From positions 376,836,001 through 376,900,000 of the forward strand of contig OZ024740.1 in the NCBI GenBank assembly GCA_964016885.1: 64,000 bases of DNA, in the 5' to 3' direction. Below are positions 34,800 through 47,993 of the stretch, in pieces (position 1 is the first letter of the stretch; the number at the start of each line of letters is the position of its first letter). Below the pieces are notes generated by a model. The model had not been told where the DNA came from. It worked only from the letters and a program-made list of their open reading frames with translations, and did no database searches. A program made the translations under genes and the position numbers. This stretch comes from Eledone cirrhosa. Taxonomy: Eukaryota.

Positions 34800-36222
34800 A
34801 CAGACAGTCAACACGATCAGTCGCACATTTTGGCGTATATGGGAAGGAAATTTGACACTACGTGTACCATCTGAGTCTGCCTCGGCTGTTATGGAAAACA
34901 CTATCGATAATAATAATCAAACGTATAAACAATTGAAATGTTCCTCCAATGAAATCTTCCAGAGAGAAATTAATACATGTATAAACATTTCTCTTGCTGA
35001 GCGTAATAAAACAACAATACTAAATAAAATAAAACCAAATAATGAAATCTTACGTACTATTGACGAAATATAGGATGAATATTTACGAACGATTAAAACC
35101 CCCACATTTTGGCAAATCAACGCCTGTTTATATGCCCTAGCAACGACAGTGAAGCATCATCTTGGTGATTGCTGAGATATTAACAAGAACAAAACACCAC
35201 AAACAATACCATCATATAGAACTAAAATAGAAAAAAAGATTTCTCGCCTACGAAAAATCATAGGATATAAAATTTTCCTTACATGCAAACAAAAACAAAA
35301 AAAAAACTTCGCTCATCACCAACAAAGAGTGGAAAATAAAATAGAAACGATGTTTGGTGACAGTACAACCAGAACTCTTCAATATAAGCTGATCCCCCTC
35401 AAAGAGGAATTGAGAGCTGTCAGCGAGAAACGCCGATACCTGAAGAGCGCAGATGAAAGAAAATTACTTAATAAAAGATTCAGACGAAACCAAACATCAG
35501 TATATAGAGATATGAAGGGCAAAGTAATAAATGTCACTGGGACCCCATCCCAGAAAGACATAGATTCCTTCTGGAAATGAAAGGAAGTATTTCAACCAAG
35601 ATGCAGTGTGGCTAAAAGAAATCCAAAAGAACTATTGCTCCTCCACTACAAAAACTAAGAAATAAATGAGGATACTCTTGAGACTGTGATAGGAAAACTC
35701 CAGGAAGATGAGAAAACACCAGGAAGAGACTTGATTGTCGGCTACTAGTAAAAACAACTAATATTCTAAATGGTGAGTCTTATCGAACTCTACCAGCAAG
35801 TTCTGAAGGGAGATACACATATAACAGTATGGTTGACGTTAGCAAAAACAATACTGGTCCCCAAGAACAAAGACGCCCACTTAGCAAAAAACTACCGATC
35901 CATTGCATGCCAGAACCTGATGTATATGATCTATACAACCTGCCTGAACCTATTTCTCCAAGATCACTATGAAAATAATAACATCATCACAGATGAACAA
36001 GCAATGTTTGGGGGTGTGCTGAACAACTCCTAATCAACGAAACTCAAACATCCACATCCACACATACAATAACATCCATACCGGCACACACATGAATGCA
36101 TGCAGACATATCTACCTAGTTGATGTTGTGTAAATTCCAATGTATCTATATTAGAAACTGACTCTCTGTCTCTATTGGCAAACATTTGTGAAATTATAAA
36201 ACCAGAAGAACATACATACATA
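34800..36222 (+). mobile_element. Internally deleted R4-clade copy (N-terminal/RT start fused to 3'UTR) ending in (CATA)n
   Basis: Colinear with 4700-5890 (KNYRSIACQNLMY); jumps at ~36045 to a 3'UTR matching 34587-34770. Confidence 0.8.
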
Positions 36223-36496
36223 CGAACGCCAGCTGACCAACATACTTTCATGCAATGACCAAATATGGTTTATATTTTAAACTACGAGTCCCTCGAAAGA
36301 AACTATGCAGTTATTAATAAGGAGAGTTAAAATTAATGCACGCTAGATTTCACAACTCTAGGATCAATCCTTTATATTCAGCCTATGAACTTTCCGGTCG
36401 ACCCTTGTTCATACATACATACATACATACATACATACATACATACATACATACATACATACATACATACATACATACATACATGCATACATACAT

Positions 36497-37030
36497 GATG
36501 GCTGCAAACTCTGCTAAGAGTGTAGTGGTCGCTTGTCAGATTACAGAAAATGGTGCATCTTTAGGCTACGGCCAGCCACACGAACCTATAACAGATCCTG
36601 AGCAAGCAATGTATGTGCTTTGAAGATTTTTTAAGTAGGGAAAGACCTTGACCTTGACCAATCCCACTCTCTGAGCATCGAAAAAAACTACCCGAAAAGG
36701 AGAACTAGTTAACATCATGGCATGCTTCCGAAGCCGCAGGTTTTTGGGAGGTTTTTCTTTCAGTTTCTCTCTCTTAGAAAGGTGTTGTGATAACAACTGG
36801 GGCCTTTCACTCCCAGGTGAAAAGAAAATAGTGCCATTTGCATGACCGTTGACTCTGCTGAGTTCTCCCGCCCTTTGCCGGGTCTTGTATTTCATTCCGC
36901 AGGGTGTCCAAATATTACCCTCCTCACCAAGCAAACTTGGTGGGGTTGCCGGTTTAGTCGCCGACGACCCAACCGTGAGACAGGTTGTACTGGGTTACAT
37001 ATTACCAGTAGCACTCGAGAGCGGCCTAAC
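36497..37030 (-). mobile_element. Non-coding element resembling an RTE 5'UTR, multi-hairpin head (copy 2), flanked on both sides by (CATA)n
   Basis: Homology to 30100-30516; segment CCTTTCTAAGAGAGAGAAACTG...AAAACC resembles the CTAGGAGAAGGAAAACTC...AAACC motif of RTE 5'UTRs. Confidence 0.6.
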
Positions 37031-38840
37031 ATACATACATACATAAGCACACTATTTTAATCTGTATGTCTAGTATTTTTTTTATCATTACATGTAATAA
37101 TATAAATAATTGCTTCATCATTAACAACATAAATTTAATTTTTGATTCACTTCTGCAATTTAACTTCTAGTGTCACGGTTTTATAACTTGCGTTGGTCAT
37201 TTTAAAAGTAGCTTTACTTGAAAACACGCCAAAGTGGATCTTTACTGCTCGGCCAAATGCCAAAGCTATTTATGTTCATTTTCGTTTCTTATAAATGTCT
37301 TTTCTAAGTCGATTTTACAAACAAATTTATAGAAAACGTTTCGTTGTTAACGAAACTGAGTTGACATTGTAGTTACTATAATTAACTATTTTCAATTTAT
37401 TACTTCATACTCATGTAAATTTGAAATTACCCTTTCCAGTCTTTCGTATGATGGAGGAAAACATGCGTTACTATATTTAGTCTCAGTTCACGTTATAAAT
37501 GTTCGTACTATGAAACTGAAGGAAGACAATGTTGCCAATTATGTTGCTTATAGATATATATTATTATAATATCTGAGAGCGTTGGTTTTGCCGATGGTAT
37601 ATCGGTGTGTATATTTATTCTGGTTTCGAAAGGATACTTCAAATTGTTTCTACAATCAACAACTTCTTGTTATCCCTAAACTGAAAATATTATATTCATA
37701 TCATATTCATGTACACAAATATATAAAAGATTTCAATGATAACAAAATCGATATAACGTAAACATACTAGGTTACTAAGTAGATGTTTCTACGACTGAAA
37801 TAGGATACAAATTTACAAAACTATAACAACAAGCGGAATATTGAAATATTTCTATGCGCACAATATATTATGAGTGCATTGGTAGTGTACCAGGCTACCA
37901 ACTATGGGGTCATGTGCACTGTTCTGTTTTCATGATCAAGACAATAGTTCAATCCTCATAACAGCAACCATTTAAGATGAGTAATACTGTCGTCAAGCTG
38001 GTTTGACTTGTCATGTTGTTATTGGTAGCAAATAGACATCTTGTGGGCCTCAATGTAACATATTTAAAAACACACCTTCTATGTCAGAATCTATCATTTC
38101 CGTCATACGATAGTACATATTGCATGAGGAAATAAGTACACAGACTCATAACTATGTATGTTTGGTTGTGCTATAATCATCAGCGGTTTCAACTGGAGAT
38201 TTTCGAATCCTTATGATTTCTTAATAAGGATGAAATCGGTCATTTGATCCACATAGCAAGCTGCCTAAACCCGACGTGAGCTTAATTTGACAGCAAAACT
38301 AAGTATGTTTAATTAAAAACAATTAGAAGACCATACGCTATCGGTTTTAAAGTAGTGACTAAGTCACTTACTTCTCTTCGGCGAAAGAAGGGAGCGAAGC
38401 TAACAGTCTGTTTCACATATATATATGAATAAAGTTAGTCCTTCATCAGTGATCTTCCAACCATCATAGGTATTTCATCGCTTTAAAGACCATATACCTC
38501 CGGTTGGTGCGAGCAACGGCTAAAAAAAGTCGTTGGGACACGTAAATCAAGGGGACAGCGAGAGTGTAAACAAACTAAGATGGTGAAGCAACGAAAAGTG
38601 AGGAAGAACGAGTCAAGTCCTAAATTTCCATGAAAATAAGTTCGGTGAAATCGTGAACGAGAGAGAATAAAGACCATCAAACCTAGTTGGAATGTGAGCA
38701 AGGAAGGAATTCCGTACAGGTCTCACGGGAGGAAGAAGGAATCTAGTCTGTGAATTCGGTGAACATAAGTTCTGTAAAATCGTAGACAAGAGAGAGCAAA
38801 AAGGCGAACCAGCCTCACCAAGCGTGCGAAAGAAAAAAAA

Positions 38841-38902
<62 letters not shown>

Positions 38903-38940
38903 TTTAAAAAAATAGAGGTGTGACACACGAGTTGTGATTT

Positions 38941-40153
38941 ATTAGTAAAAAGGAAAAGAAAATGCTGACAAATTTTTCCCAGTGAAAAATAGTATAATTA
39001 GGAATAAGTATAAATTAGTAATTAGTATTAGTTAGTCATAAGTATTAGTTAGTATTCAGTTTTAGTTTTAAGTTTTTACCTGTTGCGCATTTCTCATGCC
39101 TTTCAAAAATAATTTTGAGATAGAGTGCTCGTGATTTTTGCTCTAATCTGATCAGTTTTGGAAATTCTTCCTGTTTTATCTGAAAAAAGTTGCTTGGGAG
39201 ATATTAAGATTTGGTTGGTTGTTGAATGTCACGTGAATAAGCACTATAAATTTCGCGCAAATTCGTGTCGCAAATATTCTTGTGTCAAAACAATTTTGAT
39301 TGGTCGGTAGAAGACACGTGAATGTTTAAATTAATTTTAGCGCGAACTGGTTTCGCTCCAAATGTAGGTTTGTCGAAGAGTGTCCTTTTCCTCTTGATTG
39401 AGTTGCAGTCATGTTGAGAAGTCAACAGTTCAGGTGTCTATTAAGACAAATGTGTATGTGTGTGTGTGTGTGTGTGTAGCAAAGTGTTTCATTGTTGTGA
39501 TAATGGAAATGAATCGGGCAGTAGGAATGTGTGTGTACGTGTGTGAGTTGCAGTCATGTTGAGAGGTCAACTGTTCAGGTGTCTATTAAGACAAATATGT
39601 GTCTGTGTGTGTGTGTGTGTGTAGCAAAGGGGTTCATTGTTATGATAATGGAAATGAATCGGTCAGTAGGAATGTGTGTGTACGTGTTTGTGTGTGTGTG
39701 TGGCGGGGTTATTTTAACATGTTGAAACATATTTTTCAGCTCTTGTCTTATACAGAGAAGTGTGTGCGTGTGTGTATGTGTGTGTGTTTCACGTGACTTC
39801 TACCGACCAATCAAAATTGTTTTGACTACAAGAATTTTTGCAACACGAATTGGCGCGAAATTTATAGTGCTTAATCACGTTACATTCAACAACCAGCCAA
39901 ATCTTAATACCTCCCAAGCCACTTTTTTCACATAAAACAAAAAGAATTTCCAAAACTGATCAGATTAGGGCAAAAATCACGAGCACTCTATCTCAAAATT
40001 ATTTTTGAAAAGCATAAGAAATGCGCAACTGGTAAAAACTTTAAACTAAAACTGAATACTAACCAATACTTATTACTAATTTATACTTATTCCTAATTAA
40101 ACTATTTTTCACTGGGAAAAAATTGTCATCATTTTGTTTTCCTTTTTACTAAT
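38941..40153. repeat. Long inverted repeat (arms 38941-39322 and 39788-40153) with ~465-bp spacer containing a ~145-bp tandem duplication; probable Penelope-like inverted termini
   Basis: Arms are reverse complements with scattered mismatches and small indels; spacer repeats at about 39400-39544 and 39545-39690; (TA)n on both sides. Confidence 0.88.
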
Positions 40154-40202
40154 ATATATATATATAATTATTATTACTATTTTTATTATTATTATTATTA
40201 TT

Positions 40203-42345
40203 GCTCTTTGAGTCTCGGTCATTGATGTTATTTAACTGAAAAGTTTGTTGAAATGAATATCAAGCCATTACCTGCAGCCTCAGACATTGAGGACGTATCG
40301 GAGGATTTTTGCTGTTCCCAGCAAGCATGCCTTTTGAAGTGTTCGAAAAAACGGGGATGGACAAATCTTCTTTAACCATGCTTGGAAACTCTTTGAAATA
40401 GTACCTAGTGCTCCTATGACAATCGGGACGACCTTGATCTCATGGCAGTTCCAAATCCTTTTTAACTCCGACTTTAAATCCTGGCATCGATCAATTTTCT
40501 CCCTTTCCTTTTCTTGCACTCTCGTGTCAAATGGGCAGACTACATCTACAATCAAGAACGATCTTATTTCTTTGTCAAGAACCACCAGGTCGAGCCTATT
40601 GTGTTCTAATTTCTTGTCCGTCTGTATCCTAAAATGCCATAGCACCTTCACCTGATCGTTTTCTATCACCGACTCTGGCTTATGCTCATACCACTTCTCA
40701 GAATGTGGTACATTGTTTAGTTTGCATAGGTGCCAGTGGATCACCCTGCCCATCACATCATGTCTCCAGCCTTTATAGTGAGTCTGGGCTAGGTGTTTAC
40801 ACTCAGATACAATGTAAGCCACAGTCTCCTCTCTCTCTCTCCACAGCAGATCCTACACAGTGAGGTAGCCTCCTCCTTGTAAATATGGTGTTTCACCCAC
40901 TTCGTTCTGAGGGATTGCTCTTGCGCAGCCATTAGCATTCCTTCTGTAGCTTTTTTAAGGTCTCCTCTTTTTAACCAGTTCTATGTCTGTGGATCTCTGA
41001 ATTCCGTTTTCTCAAAGAAGGTGCTATGAAGGGATTTTTCATGAAGGTTGCTCTTCCTCCTTGTTGTTATTTCTTCCTTGGACATCTCCTGGTCTATTGT
41101 CTTCTCCCTCAATACAATTTTTAGCATTGGCTCCCTACTGTCGGACACATGTTTGTGCAGACTGTTTTACTCCATCTGAACACAGTCCTCTATGCTGAGA
41201 AGACCTCTTCCACATTCAGATCTCTTTAAATAGAGTCTATCAGCATCACTCCTCTTGTGGAACATGTTGTAGATAGTCATTAGCTTCCTAGTCATCCTAT
41301 CCATCTTTTTGTGCAGTAACATTCCATTTCAGAATTTCTGCACTATTCCTAATAATAGACACAGCTCGGGAATTTACTGCACTTATGACATTCCTACTAT
41401 TTAGATGTGATTTAGTATCTTACTTACTCTCATTATGTATTCAGATATTGTCAATTCCTTTATTTTTTGTTCTTGGTATCATCTGCCTCCAGAACACCTA
41501 AAATGTGTATCCCTCTTCAATTTCCTTTATCATCTCACCTGTTGGTACCTGGATTCGGTTGCTTCTGCTCAATTTACCCCACTTCATCACTAGGACTCCA
41601 CGCATATTAACACCAAATTCCATACATATATCATTTCTGAAAATACGGACAGTGTCAACAAGTACATGCAACCCCTTCTCACTCTTCTCAAAGAGTTTCA
41701 GATCGTCCATGAAGAGGAGGTGGTTGACGGTAAACTCTCCTCTTCCCAGCTTGTATCCTGCTCTCACTTTTCGCAATATGAAGGACAAGGGTATGAGGGT
41801 AAGGTCACACAGCAAAGGGGACAGACTATCTTCCTGGAAGATACCTCTCTTGATCTTCACGCCTCCCAAGGATTCTCCACCTGATGTTAGCTCTGTTTTC
41901 CAGGACTTCATACTTTTACTTAATAGCTGGCTGATTTTGTCTGCCACCCTGAAGGCTTTTGGTTATCCAAGAATGAGGTACCATGTCGAATGCCTTTTTG
42001 TAATCTATCCATCCCATGGCCACCCAGTATACCTCCTCTTGCAATTCCTCATTACCATCTTATCAATAAGTAACTGGTCTTTTGTTCCAAGGGACTTCTT
42101 TCGGCATCCTTTCTGTTCGTCCAGTAACAAGTTGTTTATGTGGAGGTGATAGTAGATTTCCTCAGACACAATGCTTCTTAATAGTTTCCACATTACGAAC
42201 AGACATGTGATAGGCCTATAGTTGGTAACCTCATTACCCTTGATTCGGTCTTTCATTACCAGAACTGTGGTACCTTTTGTCAACCACTCTGGTACTTCAT
42301 CAAGCAGTCATTGAACATGGCTGTCAGTTTTGGGTGGAGGGATGT
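40203..42345 (-). mobile_element. Dong-like R4-clade retrotransposon, 3' half (RT + RLE), ending in (TAA)n
   Basis: NYRPITCL, GIFQEDSLSP, NHLLFMDDLKL, C...HY.GWRHD, IQTD...HNR.D..D..CPFD...EK, PIVIGALG; 3'UTR followed by (TAA)n at 40167-40202. Confidence 0.9.
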
Positions 42346-45011
42346 CCAATTATACACATAGACAAAACCATAAATGCACACACAGATACAGATACACTCA
42401 CAGCTACAAATCCTTTGTCTTCCAGCGGTGAAGATGAAGGAAAACCCAAAAGTGCAAAAAAAAAACAAAAGAAAAAACTCACCAAGAAAAAAGCCCCAAC
42501 AAAACACAAAAACATACACAACAAAAAATACAGACACCACTAATGCAAACACTTCCCGAATAACATCAACACCAACATCAACATCAGCACCACCCCCATA
42601 ATCCCCGAACTGCAAACAACCTAAACAAACACAAGTACAAATAAACACACAAATGCTTGAAATTGCAGACACCACACCTACAACAAACAAAGACATACCC
42701 GAAACAACAACACCAAAACCATCACCACCAGAGTCACCAAAACGAAAACAAATAAAACCACACCAACAAAATATTAAAAACTTCGTGCCTGTCAGAAGGG
42801 CCAACGATGAATTGATGGCCCTCTTAGCACGAAGCGAGGATATTCAAACAGAGGGGGAGATCTTTGAATTGAGCACATTTTGCGTGCCAGAAGATTTGCT
42901 TCTGGTGCGTATATCGCTCGATTCTTACAAAGAAATTCGAGAGAGCTTTCCTCAAGACGTGGGAACCCTGAACGTGAAAACCACATCGAGACTATTAAAG
43001 GGGTTCCCAAAAGAAACCCCACCAACCATGGAGGTCGAACCACCCGACCTTCACAAGACCCCAGGAGGTAAGTAAACCTTCCCTCACTCTTTTAGCTTGC
43101 CAACATGGCCATATTAAGAGTAGGAAGTTTAAATGTTCGCGGCTTGGGGTCACCCTGGAAGCAGGGTCGCCTGCTCAAAGACCGGAGGTCTCTGGAAATG
43201 GATTTGATTGCCGTCAGGATTTCCGACACACGCGCACTAGCCCCCATTTTCGACGACTATTAGATCTTCGCATCTGTTAGCAGGCCGGGAATGGGAGGTT
43301 GGGTGGCATTGCTGTTTATGAAAGGCGTGGATCTCGAGGTAAGGTCGAGTTGGTGGTCCTCGATGTGAGCAGTAGCGAAGGTGGTGCCTTTAGGCTGGCT
43401 GGCCGTCTACGCCCCTACTGGGGCAGGACGACCAGACTTCTTTAGGCGCCTGGAAATCTTTCTTGGTACGTCTCGCCCTTTACTGTTAGCGGGGGACTGG
43501 AACGGCATCTTAGACACACGCTGGGAGTGTGTGGGAGTAGCTTATAGGATCGGGGGGGAACTCAAGCACCTAATCAGCCAGTTTCAACTGTCTGACAGGT
43601 ATCGACTAGATTTCCCCAATGCACCAGTGTGGATGTGGACCAACGACATAGGGTCATCTAGATCGTATATAGAGAGGATCTTCGTTAGGAAAATATATAG
43701 AAATAGTGTAGGCTGCCCACTTTTTAAAACGGTCGCCTATTCAGATCACAAGTTTGTGATCTGTATAGTCTACCAAGACAAAACGCGTATGTTAGGACCT
43801 GGTTACTGGAAGCTGAATATGTCATTTCCGGCACGTAAGGCTTCCAGGGACCAAGTCAACAATTTAGTTAAGCAAAGGTTGACAGGGGGGATCATCAACA
43901 ACAGATGGTGGGGACTCTCAAAAGGGATATTAGAGTAACTTCGATATAGTTCAGCAAAGAACTAGCGTTAGAGAAAAATGCACGGCGGCACCTGCTCAGT
44001 GGTCAAGGTTAATGGCCATCTCTCGGAACCTTTTCGGCTCTCCCGATCGGTCCGTCAACCCTCTCTCCTCCCTTCTGTACGTATTGTCTCTCGAGCCTTT
44101 ACTGTAGAAGCTGGAGCTGTTGCAGGGCATCCGGCTCCAATCGGGACGTGGAAAGGCTGTGTCGGCTTATGCGAACGACACACCGTGATGTTGTCGGACA
44201 CCTCACAAATCGTGGTGGTCGGCACCTTATTGAAGGAATATGAAAGGTTGACAGGAGCGAAACTTAACCCGGAAAAGTCGGTGGGCTTGCAGCTCGACAC
44301 CTGGAGAACCAAGTGCATGCCGTCCAACAGTGTCGTGGGGCGCTGGACGGGCAGACCGGTAAAGTTGCTCGGAGTTTGGTTCGGACCAGACCTCTAGGTG
44401 GAAAAGAATTGGGACGAGGTAACGAGTAGCCAGTCTCACCCAAAAATGGGCTGCGAGGAAGCTATCACTGAAAGGTCGCGCGGAGGTGGAAAATGCGTAC
44501 ATCGCGTCCGTCATCAACTACCGCCTGACCGTTGTGCCTTTACCCCGTCTGCGCCTCGCCAAGTTGGAACAGCTCCTCTTCAAATTCTTGTGGAGAGCAC
44601 AAGTTCCGTTGTTGAGGCGGTCCATTTGCTGCCAGCACCATTTACACGGAGGGCTGGGCTTGTCGTGGCTAATGATGCACAAAAATGCGCTGAGGCTGCG
44701 ACATCTCCAGATATTTTTCCTAAACGGTGAACAGGTGTGGTCGCCGTTTCTTTGACTGAGCTGCAGTCCTGGGTCGAGAAGAGACCGAGACTTGGTGACT
44801 GGCACCTGGCTGGAATGTTGCTAGGCACTCACTGCCCTCTACCAAGCGGGAAAGTCGATCAGTGGAACTTCCACTCTCGAGTTCTATAGAGGATTAGTGG
44901 TGGGCAAATGCGATGACGCACTCGGAGAAGCTTTGGGCCTCGACGAAGTTTAACTGACCAGTCTGTTCCGGAGAACTTTCGAGCCGGGGAGCATGGACAA
45001 TTTCCAGAAAA
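42346..45011 (+). mobile_element. Tx1-like copy E, truncated at both ends and internally deleted, embedded in the Dong-like element
   Basis: ORF1 C-terminus (to 43075), ORF2 ATG 43105 with LNVRGL, GDWN, SDHK, GYWKLN; deletion at ~43977; ends at MDNFQK. Confidence 0.88.
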
Positions 45012-46610
45012 CTGTGATAGGTCTATAGTTGGTAACATCATTACCCTTGATTCGGTCTTTCATTATCAGAACTGTGGTACCTTTTGTCAACCATTCTGGT
45101 ACCTCACCTGACATCAAGCAGTCATTGAACATGGTTGTCAGTTTCGGGTGGAGGGATGTTATATTTTTAATCCAATACCCCTGCACACCATCTGGGCCTG
45201 GTGATTTTCAAGTGGTTAGTTTTTTGGCCTGCCCCTTAAGAGTTTCAACTGTGATACTCAAATCAGTTTGTTGGTGTGCCTGTTCACTAATCTCCTTCTG
45301 CACTGTCTCAATCCACACTGCCTGGTCATTATGTTTAACATCCTGCTCCCATATTCCTCTCCAGAATGTTTGAGTTTGTTCCGCCTCAGGGATCAAGTCG
45401 TTGCCTCTTTCTTTCCCTTCAAGCTGTCCAAACAGCATCTTCTGGTTGTTGTCGAACATGCGGTTCTGTCTATACTGGCTGACCCTGTTCTCGTATCGCC
45501 TGATTTTTGCACTCTTTGCCACAGTGCGTTGCTTCAGTTCCTCTATGACAATATTTTTTTCCTCCTAGTTTTGTACTTTATTTCCAGTCTATTTTTAGTG
45601 TCTATGTTTTTTAGTGTCCCATTCAGTAGGGACTCAAGCTTTCCAATGTCATTTCTCATTTCCCTGATTTGACCACTCAGTCGTTTCTTCCACCAAGGCT
45701 CTGCTCTTTCTTCTCTGTTGTTTCCTCTCGCTTTTATACCAAGTAGTTTCCTCACCGTATTTGCTGTTGCTTTGAGGATATTGTTGCACTGGTGAAGGCT
45801 CCTCGCCTCAAGGCATGGGATGACTTTGTTTACCTTAGCTGTTGTTTCTTTTAACTTTTTCCTGTCTACAAATCTTGGGTTCATAGGTCTCCCACTATCA
45901 TTGTTCAATTCATCTACCACTAAGTTTAGGATATCAACCAAATCTTGTCCTAGCCCATCAGCATTCATCTCCTCAGTGGCCGTATCTCTGTTCCAGGTAT
46001 TATTTATCTCAGCATTCAGATCATTGTCTGCTTCGGGTGGTTCCTCCGTTCTCTCGACCTCTTCACCTTCATTTCCCACTGACTCGTTTGCTTGGCATAC
46101 TCCACTCTCCGTCTCCAAGCTAATCTCTCTGCTCAGTTCCTCCAGTTTCAGCTCGCTTATCCACCCATTTGTTCTTATTACCCGAGCCTGCCCGGCCAAT
46201 TTTTGTTCATCTAATTTAAATAGACCAATCTCGTTCCAGATGTTATGCATCCGTCTCCTATAGCCTTTCTCCTTGGGGTTACTCTTCAGGTAACATTGCA
46301 TAACAGTTCTATTCAATTCTTTCGTCCAGTTGGTTCTGGTCCCTTTCCTTCTTCTTCTTCCTCCGACACCAGCAGTATTTGGTTGACAGCCAGGTCCCTG
46401 CTGCTGAGCCAGAGAGCACCTGTTGGGTGAGAGTCTGTCACATGATATTCTAGTCTCCATTTCACCGTTATTCGAACTGTTTAGGTTCGACATTTAAACA
46501 CTCTTATCGAGGATTGGCGAATGTATGGTTACATAACCACCTGTGAATTCATCGTCTCCGGTGGTTCCGTCACTCCACGTGATTTTTGTGTGGCATTATC
46601 ACGCTGTAGA
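45012..46610 (-). mobile_element. Dong-like R4-clade retrotransposon, 5' half
   Basis: ORF from ATG 46493 with WTKELN...CY...GYRRRMHNIW...EQKLAGQAR.I N-terminal domain, PWWKKRL, QY.QN.MF, SPGPDG.QGYWIK; frameshifted. Confidence 0.85.
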
Positions 46611-47993
46611 CGAACATAAATAAACAAACAAACAAACAGGCAAAAAAAAAAAAAAAAATGAATAAGCATAAGTTTCATTGCAATGTAGTGTTTGAATGTC
46701 TGACTTAGTTTTTCCCTTCCCTTCTCTGTCCGTCTGTTTGTTTTTCTCTTCATTCTTATTTTCTTTACGTTTTTCGTTGTTGCTGTGCTGCTTTGATTTT
46801 CATTTTTGTTTTTTTGATTTTGACCGGGTCATCAATTCAGTCTATTTATATATTTTGATGCCTTCCTCTTTTAGTGGAGGTTCTACGATGTAGCAGGGGG
46901 TAGCGGGAGAGAATAGCGGCGGTAGTGATAATGAGGCAGTGGTGGTGGTGGTGGTGGTGGTGGTGGTGGTGGTGCTGGCGGTGCTGTGCTAGCAGCAACT
47001 AACAGGAGGTAGTGGGAGAGAGTAGCGGCGGTAGCGATAAATCATTATTAGGCAGTGGTGGTGGTGATGTGGTCGTATTACTGTAGTGATGGTGTTGAAG
47101 TTGGAGTAGAAATAGCGGTTGAGTCGACTTAACCAGAGTTTTCATCGTGGTAGTGGTGGTGGTGTTGGTGGTGAAATTATCTTTAGTTATTTAGTCATTT
47201 TGTCATTTTCCTCCTTTTCAACTCTAACATTCCTGATCCAAAATTAAATATTAATCTTGTTTATTAATATTGTCTAGTGATACCGCCATCTTCCCCTTTC
47301 GTAAGTTAACAGAAGGTAATGGGGGGATAGCGGGGTAGAAATGAAGGAGTGGTGGCGGCGGTGATGGGATAGTGGTAGTAATGATGGATGGGCGGCGGTG
47401 GCGGTGACTGTAGTGACGGCGTTGTCGTTACTGAGTTTTGTTGAATGAACTGTATTTTTGTTTGATCGGTGAATCTATGTGGTTAGTCGCGTATATGTGT
47501 TGACATATTTACTTAATATTGGATTTAAACATTTTGTTAAAACTTGAGACAATAATAATAGTAATTACTATTATTATGCTGAGATTGGTGGTGGTGGTGG
47601 TGGTGAAATTGTCGTTATCTGGCTGATGTGTTTAGTGTACACAGAGGGGTGATGGGGTAGGTGGTGTATCTAGTTTCTGGTGTTGGTGAAATTGCTGTTA
47701 TTTGGCTGTTCTATATAGTGTAGGCAGAGGGGTTTTCTTCCATTTATAACCATTTTCTTTTTTGAATATAAAATGTATAATACAAAATTGAATATTTGAG
47801 CGATATAACAATATATTATGGATCCGAATTTTTTGGGGACTCAAGCCGGATGTTTTATGTATCATTTGTACTAAGAATTGTTATTTCACAATTGATTTAA
47901 ATATGTTAAAAATCAAAACTTACGGGACCGATTTCACGACCGCTATCCAGCATGTGCGTCTTCTTCCCTTATTATTATTATTATTGTTATTAC

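Noticed and set aside
43068-43095. Micro-intron fusing ORF1 and ORF2
   Set aside because: Only 28-35 nt and the AG acceptor before the ORF2 ATG is absent in two of four copies; only the donor-like motif is retained as a finding
46494-46610. HDV-like ribozyme in the Dong-like 5'UTR
   Set aside because: Simple hairpins present (AACCACC...GGTGGTT) but the nested double pseudoknot could not be fitted by eye
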